In this document: positions 26,683 to 32,000 of the stretch, piece after piece
Layout: each line of letters starts with the position of its first letter
How positions within the stretch are numbered: position 1 is the stretch's first letter
Source of the DNA: Breznakia sp. PF5-3
Lineage (GTDB): Bacteria; Bacillota_I; Bacilli_A; Erysipelotrichales; Erysipelotrichaceae
Direction of reading: 5' to 3'
NCBI RefSeq assembly: GCF_029504745.1
Contig: NZ_JAQFIQ010000010.1
Location: forward strand, 31,243 to 63,242
DNA: 32,000 nt
Position numbers and translations under genes: made by a program
The notes under the pieces: generated by a model
What the model saw: the letters and a program-made list of their open reading frames with translations, nothing else
The model's database searches: none
What the model was told of the DNA's origin: nothing

Positions 26683-26875
26683 GCGCTTTTGACTCTCGTC
26701 GGCACTTTCAAGTTGAGTTGGCTTCGCGGTTTACTCCAACTACTTCTGCAGGGCTGTGTTATCGAATTAGAGGGCGGAATTATTAACTATTTGATAACAT
26801 AAAGTGGAGGATAAAAAATCGGTTATGTAGTCATACGAAGGAAAAGGCAATCAAATGATTGCCTTTTTCTTTTTG
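26683..26875 (+). ncRNA. Candidate structured RNA (unassigned class) ending in an intrinsic terminator
   Basis: A GC-rich island in an AT-rich intergenic region with no SD-preceded ORF. Helices: 26710-26713/26742-26745 plus 26716-26721/26736-26741; 26755-26763/26793-26801; and the competing 26797-26802/26823-26828. A terminator follows. The 5' boundary is uncertain. Confidence 0.4.
26842..26875 (+). terminator. Strong intrinsic terminator with no upstream protein gene on this strand
   Basis: AAAAGGCAATC-aaat-GATTGCCTTTTTCTTTTT. Confidence 0.75.
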
Positions 26876-26958
26876 TTACTAATTATTTAAAAAAAAGAGA
26901 TATTTATCCTACCTCTTTATATGCTTATATTACCATAATTTAGCACTTTTTTCAAGTC

Positions 26959-26987
26959 TTGTATATATTCCTAGATAGGTGTATTAA
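26959..26987 (+). promoter_or_regulatory. Possible promoter of the unknown gene pair
   Basis: TTGTAT, 17 nt, then TATTAA, ending 22 nt upstream of the ATG at 27010. Confidence 0.35.
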
Positions 26988-27009
26988 GTAATAAAGAGAA
27001 GGAGAATTT

Positions 27010-27417
27010 ATGAAATATTATACAATTAAAACAAAAGAAAATACTCAGATGATAATAAAGGAAGTAAATGCTGAAATTGCTAGTTATGGATTTTCGTTAA
27101 GTGAAGAAGACTATCAATTTCTTTTAGCAAAACAAAAAGAACTCTATACACACTATAACCTAATTGATTTAGATACAACAATCATTAAGGTTATCGCAAT
27201 GACTGTAAATAAATCTCCTTATATACGACAAAGCAATTATGTAGACTTAATCGTTCACTTTCTAGATTTATTCTATGCATGTCGAAAACAAATTGGAACT
27301 CTTCATTACGATGATGAAATCATTTATACACTTTATCAAATATATTTATTACACTATGGAGAAATATCCACAAAATTACTTTATGATACGCTAAAAATAC
27401 TACAGGAGAAATTATGA
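27010..27417 (+). CDS. Hypothetical protein, 135 aa, predicted soluble and helical
   Basis: The strong SD GAAGGAG lies 6 nt upstream. Its stop overlaps the next start (ATGA). I recognise no motif. Confidence 0.75.
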   Translation: MKYYTIKTKENTQMIIKEVNAEIASYGFSLSEEDYQFLLAKQKELYTHYNLIDLDTTIIKVIAMTVNKSPYIRQSNYVDLIVHFLDLFYACRKQIGTLHYDDEIIYTLYQIYLLHYGEISTKLLYDTLKILQEKL

Positions 27418-28769
27418 AACATACAATTCAATCTAATTCTTTTGAAAATACAACGTTCCTTGATATATTAAAATTCTTACGTACTCATTCCTTCATGGAA
27501 GACGAAGAATACCATAATATTCAAATACAAATTTTCTTATTAGTTAAAAAACTTGTTCTTACTCATACACATAATCGCACCACAACAATATCAAAACGTA
27601 AATACCATCAAATAATGAATAGTGTATACTACACACTTGATCATGCTACAACATATCATAAAAACCCCATTGAATTCATAAAAGCAAAACACATTGCATT
27701 TTTTTATGATGAAGGAAAACAATCCATCACTGCTTTACACGAGCAAGTATATGATCTCTATATAAAGTTAAAGCAATCTATCCTCCCTATCAACAATGAA
27801 CGTTATCAAGATGTTATTTTGCAACAACTGCTATACTTTTATCATGAATATAATATCGAATATCGTGCTACTTATTGTCGTCAAGACTTTGATTATCCAT
27901 TGCTTGATGGAATTCCTCTTGATCATGATATGTATCATAAAAAAGGTGTTGATTTGGCAGTTGAATATGCAAAGCGATTATCCATTGAACAAACTTTTTG
28001 TCAACGTTTTACAACCGAAGAATTAGTTACCCTATTCCATAACTACGAAGAACATGTTGGTGTAAGTATTCACTTGTTGGGTATCAACATCATGGAAATC
28101 GTACTCCTTCAGTTTATGTTTTCAACACTTCTACCAAACCAAAAACCTTCACTAATGATTTTAGATAGCGAGAAACGATACCTATGTTCTTTGATTCAAA
28201 ATACCCATACTACGGTAGAAACAATCTATCAAAATATGGATATAATACTAGATAAGCAAACAATGCAATACATTTATCGATACAAAGAACAACTTTCACA
28301 AAAAATACAAATTGCATTAGAACACAATCAATTGGATCACCTAATAATTACAAAATCTATTCAAAAAGCAAAATTTACTTTTCACGATAAACCATCTGTT
28401 AGTAGCAAAACGTTTTCACAAATCATCAATAAAATCGAAGAAAAAAATAATGCTGATGAGAAAATACAAATTCTATTTCAATATTCTCTTTCCATTCACG
28501 ATATCATCGATATTTTAGAAACTGATATTTTCACAGATGACCATTATCCTTTGTTATTTCAAAAATTAGATATACTGAGCATTGCTTTATTATTTAAATA
28601 TACATATCCAGAAGAATTTGTTTTTCATGCAACAATTGTATTACATACCTCATATCTTCATAATTTAGATATTTCTCGTCAATGGCAATCCTATTTTCTT
28701 ATTTACATAGAACAACTTACAGATGAAAAAAAGAATGAATTACAAAATATCTTAAATATTATGAATTAA
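27414..28769 (+). CDS. Hypothetical protein, 451 aa, predicted soluble, helical and rich in His/Tyr/Gln
   Basis: The SD AGGAG lies inside the end of the upstream gene, and the start overlaps that gene's stop (ATGA). I see no TM segment, P-loop or other catalytic motif. Confidence 0.8.
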   Translation: MKHTIQSNSFENTTFLDILKFLRTHSFMEDEEYHNIQIQIFLLVKKLVLTHTHNRTTTISKRKYHQIMNSVYYTLDHATTYHKNPIEFIKAKHIAFFYDEGKQSITALHEQVYDLYIKLKQSILPINNERYQDVILQQLLYFYHEYNIEYRATYCRQDFDYPLLDGIPLDHDMYHKKGVDLAVEYAKRLSIEQTFCQRFTTEELVTLFHNYEEHVGVSIHLLGINIMEIVLLQFMFSTLLPNQKPSLMILDSEKRYLCSLIQNTHTTVETIYQNMDIILDKQTMQYIYRYKEQLSQKIQIALEHNQLDHLIITKSIQKAKFTFHDKPSVSSKTFSQIINKIEEKNNADEKIQILFQYSLSIHDIIDILETDIFTDDHYPLLFQKLDILSIALLFKYTYPEEFVFHATIVLHTSYLHNLDISRQWQSYFLIYIEQLTDEKKNELQNILNIMN

Positions 28770-28770
28770 A

Positions 28771-28796
28771 AAATCTACAGGATTTCCTGTAGATTT
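28771..28796 (-). terminator. Terminator of the metG-GNAT operon; the hairpin also closes the convergent unknown pair
   Basis: A perfect 12-bp stem AAATCTACAGGA-tt-TCCTGTAGATTT. The T-run continues on the minus strand. Confidence 0.7.
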
Positions 28797-29688
28797 AACG
28801 AATATACCAACAGCATTTTTTATCTGCTTTCACAAACCCCAATTTCATCTGAATATGATCACTTGCAGTGTTTGCTTGATCTACCTGTGTGAAGATAACA
28901 TCATCACTTTCTTCCAAAACGTGATTTATATAAGCAGACTGCAAAGTAATCGCTATTTTCTGATTACGAAAGGCTTCAAACACTTCAATCATGCCAATGG
29001 CTCCACTTGGGTGTCTTCCTACATATCCTACCAATTCTTCATCAATAAAGGCCCCCAACATCCCTGCTTTGATTCTTTCCAGAAGATATGTATCGCTTGC
29101 TAAACTTTTAACGCTATAATGACGTTTAATCACTTCCAAATAGCTATCATCCAATTGGCGAATTTCTACTTCTTTATTGATTAAAGGTAACTCTTCCCTT
29201 TTTTGATATACATAATTATAGTAATAAAGTTTTTCATTATAAGTTAATTCTTTTTCAAATATCGCTTCTGTGATTGCATCATAAGCAATAAGTGAATGAT
29301 AATCTTGTGGTATCATTTTTACCATATCTTTTGCTGCTTCTTCATTAATAGTCATTGCATGATAGGTATCATCCTTTTCATCATAGAGCAAGATACCATC
29401 CATTTCCGCATATAGAATCTTAGAATCCCCTTTACGATATGTTTCCAACATTTCCACATAAAGCACTTCATCACTTTTTAATATTTTTGCAATAGCATCA
29501 TCATAATGAACATCATCTAGATCTACATCGGATAACTTTAAGATCAAAAATGCTCTACTCAGTGCTAATATCAAAATAAGAATTCCAACTCCAATCATGA
29601 TTGGCTCACTACTAATTGTACCTCTGATAAAAAAGGCTATGGCTACCAAAGATAAAATAATACTTGGTTGCAATTGTTTATGTTTCAT
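28795..29688 (-). CDS. Membrane-anchored protein with a C-terminal GNAT-like acetyltransferase domain
   Basis: Two N-terminal TM helices (IILSLVAIAFFI, IMIGVGILILILAL). The C-terminal segment LVGYVGRHPSGAIGMIEVFEAFRNQKIAITLQSAYINHV resembles the GNAT beta4-alpha3 core. Its start overlaps the metG stop (TAATG). Confidence 0.65.
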   Translation of the reverse strand: MKHKQLQPSIILSLVAIAFFIRGTISSEPIMIGVGILILILALSRAFLILKLSDVDLDDVHYDDAIAKILKSDEVLYVEMLETYRKGDSKILYAEMDGILLYDEKDDTYHAMTINEEAAKDMVKMIPQDYHSLIAYDAITEAIFEKELTYNEKLYYYNYVYQKREELPLINKEVEIRQLDDSYLEVIKRHYSVKSLASDTYLLERIKAGMLGAFIDEELVGYVGRHPSGAIGMIEVFEAFRNQKIAITLQSAYINHVLEESDDVIFTQVDQANTASDHIQMKLGFVKADKKCCWYIR

Positions 29689-31610
29689 TAGCGAACAATA
29701 GACCCCGCATCTAAATGATTCACATTCAATACTTCTATTTGATCTCCATTTTCACCAACAAGAATCATTCCTTGTGATTCAACACCACGAATCTTGGCTG
29801 GTTTTAAGTTTGTGACTACAACAACCTTTTTCCCTACCATATCTTCTGGCTTATAAGCATCTGCAATACCACTTACAACTTGGCGAACTTCACTTCCTAT
29901 ATTAATTTGTGATACTAATAATTTATCTGCTTTAGGATGCTTTTCACACTTCTCTATCAATCCAACCTTCATTTCTGTCTTCATAAAGTCATCAAATGTA
30001 ATTTCCGGCTTTGCTGGTGTTACTTCTTCTTTTTTACTATTTTGCTCAGCTTCCCATTGTTCTGCAAATTCTTTTTCATCAACCCGTTGGAAAAGAATCT
30101 CAGGTTTTTCCACTAGTTTAATATCTTCTTCCAATTGACCAAATTGTTGAATACTAGCATAATCTTTTTTATTTGTATTCAACTGTTTTAATATTTTATC
30201 ACTTGTTTCAGGAACAAAAGGACTAAGTAATACTGCTGTATAACGAATACTTTCCAATAAATTATACAATACTGTTTGCAAACGATCTTGCTTTGCTTCA
30301 TCCTTGGCTAAAATCCATGGACAAGTTTCATCAATATATTTATTGCTACGTCTAATCAGTGTGAAAATATCACTAATTGCATCACTAATATGCAAAGAAT
30401 CCATATGTTCATCTACTTTTACTACGGTATTTTGTGCAAGTGTAATCAATTCTTCATCCATACTATCACTAATTTTTGGATTTCTCACAACACCATCAAA
30501 ATATTTATTTGCCATAGAAATAGTTCGATTTACTAAATTACCTAAAACATTTGCTAAATCCGAATTGTTTCTTTCAATCATAAGATCCCATGTAATTACA
30601 CCATCTTGTGCATATGGCATTTCATGAAGCACATAATAACGTACAGCATCTACACCAAAATAACGTACTAAATCATCTGTATAAATAACATTACCTTTTG
30701 ATTTACTCATTTTTCCTTCGCCCACTAAAATCCATGGATGACCAAAGATCTGTTTTGGTAGAGGAACATCCAATGCCATCAACATGATTGGCCAATAAAT
30801 AGTATGAAAACGCAAGATATCTTTACCAATTAAGTGAAGATCTGCTGGCCAATATTTTTTATATAACTCTCCATGATTTCCATCTGGATCATAGCCAATT
30901 CCTGTAATATAATTACTCAATGCATCAATCCAAACATAAATTACATGCTTCTCATCAAAATCAACTGGGATTCCCCATTTAAAAGATGTCCGTGATACAG
31001 CTAAGTCTTGCAATCCTGGTTTCAAGAAATTATTAATCATTTCATTCTTTCTAGATTCTGGTTGAATGAATTCAGGATTATCCTCAATGTGTTTCATCAA
31101 ACGATCTTGATACTTACTCATTTTGAAAAAGTATGTCTCTTCTTTAGCGATATATACTTCACCACCACAATCAGGACATTTTCCATCGTTTAACTGTGAT
31201 TCGGTAAAGAAAGATTCACAAGCCTTACAATACCATCCTTCATATTCGCCTTTATAAATATCTCCTTGCTCATACAGCTTTCTAAAAATCTTCTGTACAA
31301 CAGCTTTATGATCACTATCCGTTGTACGAATAAATCTATCATAAGATGTATTCGCTAAGTCAAACATTGACCTTACAGTACCTGCTACTTCATCCACGTA
31401 TTCTTGTGGTGTAATATTCTTTTCTTTCGCCTTATCTTCAATTTTTTGACCATGTTCATCTGTCCCTGTTTGAAAGAGCACATCATAGCCCACCATTCTT
31501 TTATACCTTGCAATACTATCTGCTAAGATAATCTCATATACATTTCCGATATGCGGTTTTCCAGAAGTATATGCAATTGCTGTTGTAATATAATATTTTT
31601 CTTTTCCCAT
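29688..31610 (-). CDS. metG: Methionine--tRNA ligase with a C-terminal tRNA-binding (EMAP/Trbp111-like) domain
   Basis: HIGN signature (GKPHIGNVY), KMSKS, a zinc knuckle CKACESF...CPDCGG, and a C-terminal OB-fold segment KADKLLVSQINIG. The SD is GGAGG. Confidence 0.97.
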   Translation of the reverse strand: MGKEKYYITTAIAYTSGKPHIGNVYEIILADSIARYKRMVGYDVLFQTGTDEHGQKIEDKAKEKNITPQEYVDEVAGTVRSMFDLANTSYDRFIRTTDSDHKAVVQKIFRKLYEQGDIYKGEYEGWYCKACESFFTESQLNDGKCPDCGGEVYIAKEETYFFKMSKYQDRLMKHIEDNPEFIQPESRKNEMINNFLKPGLQDLAVSRTSFKWGIPVDFDEKHVIYVWIDALSNYITGIGYDPDGNHGELYKKYWPADLHLIGKDILRFHTIYWPIMLMALDVPLPKQIFGHPWILVGEGKMSKSKGNVIYTDDLVRYFGVDAVRYYVLHEMPYAQDGVITWDLMIERNNSDLANVLGNLVNRTISMANKYFDGVVRNPKISDSMDEELITLAQNTVVKVDEHMDSLHISDAISDIFTLIRRSNKYIDETCPWILAKDEAKQDRLQTVLYNLLESIRYTAVLLSPFVPETSDKILKQLNTNKKDYASIQQFGQLEEDIKLVEKPEILFQRVDEKEFAEQWEAEQNSKKEEVTPAKPEITFDDFMKTEMKVGLIEKCEKHPKADKLLVSQINIGSEVRQVVSGIADAYKPEDMVGKKVVVVTNLKPAKIRGVESQGMILVGENGDQIEVLNVNHLDAGSIVR

Positions 31611-31611
31611 A

Positions 31612-31844
31612 ATATGACCTCCATAAAATAAAAAACTCCCCCAAAGGACGAGTTTCTCGTGTTACCACCTTATTTTGTGTATATCTACACCTCTAAACGT
31701 TAACGCCGTTCTACGCTTCATATCTAATTATTCGATATAAGTGCTCCAAAACCATCTTCATAACTTCTTGAACCTAAGTTTCCACCAACCACTTAGTCTC
31801 TATGCATCGCAAAATTATTACTCTTTTCTTCATCGCATTTTTAC
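31612..31844 (-). promoter_or_regulatory. T-box riboswitch leader (Met specifier) of metG
   Basis: Minus-strand read: stem I GA motif TGCGATGAAGAAAAGAGTA; AGAGA and GGTGGAAAC distal elements; candidate specifier AUG followed by A (31761-31759); T-box sequence AAGGTGGTAACACGAG (31671-31656); terminator AAACTC...GAGTTTTTTATTTT (31656-31624). Confidence 0.85.
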
Positions 31845-31850
31845 TCTTTC

Positions 31851-31879
31851 ATTATAGTTTCTTTTTGTTTTATATGCAA
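31851..31879 (-). promoter_or_regulatory. Sigma-A promoter of the metG T-box leader
   Basis: The minus strand reads TTGCAT (31879-31874), exactly 17 nt, then TATAAT (31856-31851). Confidence 0.7.
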
Positions 31880-32000
31880 GCTATCTCACGAAAAGATTAT
31901 AACTCCCTTGATTATTAAACTTAAAGCAACAGGTTGTTGCATTAAGATGAAACCGGTATAGTAGAAGGAGCTTTGTGTTTTGTGAGAAAGGATAATATTA

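Noticed and set aside
26556-26711. 52-residue N-terminal extension of the PHP ORF (track start 26711)
   Set aside because: The extension runs through an extended -10 promoter and into the GC-rich element. The internal ATG at 26555 has a proper SD and starts exactly at the conserved MDFDLHMHS PHP motif.
26673-26786. 37-codon ORF (MIESAFDSRRHFQVELASRFTPTTSAGLCYRIRGRNY) inside the GC-rich island
   Set aside because: It has no Shine-Dalgarno sequence. Its codon and amino-acid composition is unlike every real gene in the window. The reading frame coincides with the predicted RNA helices. It is more likely non-coding, though a blastx check is listed under the finding.
26682-26790. Possible glmS ribozyme (AGCGC at 26682-26686, GTTATCGAATT at 26758-26768, GGGCGGAAT at 26772-26780)
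   Set aside because: These short strings resemble the glmS cleavage-site AGCGCC and the UUAUCGAAUUUUCGGCGGAUG core. However, the invariant GACGAGG segment is missing, the P2/P2.1 pairing geometry cannot be drawn, the spacing is too long and no glmS gene follows. I treat the resemblance as superficial unless a covariance-model search (Rfam glmS model) says otherwise.
31880-32000. Possible start of a plus-strand gene (GAAGGAG at 31963-31969, GTG at 31982) and a small hairpin GCAAC-aggt-GTTGC
   Set aside because: Only a handful of codons remain before the window ends and the start codon is ambiguous. Nothing can be supported.

Overview
This is an AT-rich chromosomal segment of the low-GC Firmicutes (Bacillota) type; I cannot call the species from sequence alone. 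I saw no transposase, integrase, phage gene or CRISPR array.

Contents in order:
- 1-3624: a sugar-utilisation cluster with a partial ABC substrate-binding lipoprotein, a Gfo/Idh/MocA oxidoreductase, a LacI regulator and a BadF-type sugar kinase.
- 3825-4091 (minus strand): a three-gene tRNA cluster (Leu-UAA, Cys-GCA, Leu-UAG) with its own promoter and terminator.
- 4220-5863: an inositol monophosphatase family gene, a solo tRNA-Asn and a SAM-dependent methyltransferase.
- 5974-12240: a cellobiose-type PTS locus (LicR-like PRD activator, IIC, IIB, GH1 6-phospho-beta-glucosidase, NagB-like protein, and a divergent IIA). One 18-bp pseudo-palindrome sits at identical geometry in front of three promoters.
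- 12437-16858: a four-gene, translationally coupled envelope glycosylation operon (YfhO, GtrA, GT2, and a PIG-L deacetylase carrying a lipoprotein signal peptide). It is divergent from an OmpR/histidine-kinase pair at 17011-19546, and phased CTTAAG repeats lie in the shared intergenic region.
- 19568-23467: a small lipoprotein and a 1073-aa tandem FtsX/MacB-type permease with no ATPase gene. The permease is entered through a 15-codon upstream ORF.
- 23631-26555: a DUF2130-like Zn-ribbon/coiled-coil/nuclease-like protein, a NagB-family deaminase and a PHP phosphoesterase.
- 26683-26875: a GC-rich structured intergenic element that ends in a strong terminator.
- 27010-28769: two coupled genes of unknown function.
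- 28795-31879: a metG operon with a Met T-box leader, coupled at its 3' end to a membrane-anchored GNAT-like gene.

The most interesting candidates are (i) the glycosylation operon with an extracytoplasmic deacetylase and its adjacent two-component system, (ii) the unassigned structured RNA together with the neighbouring unknown gene pair, and (iii) the ATPase-less giant permease with its coupled mini-ORF.
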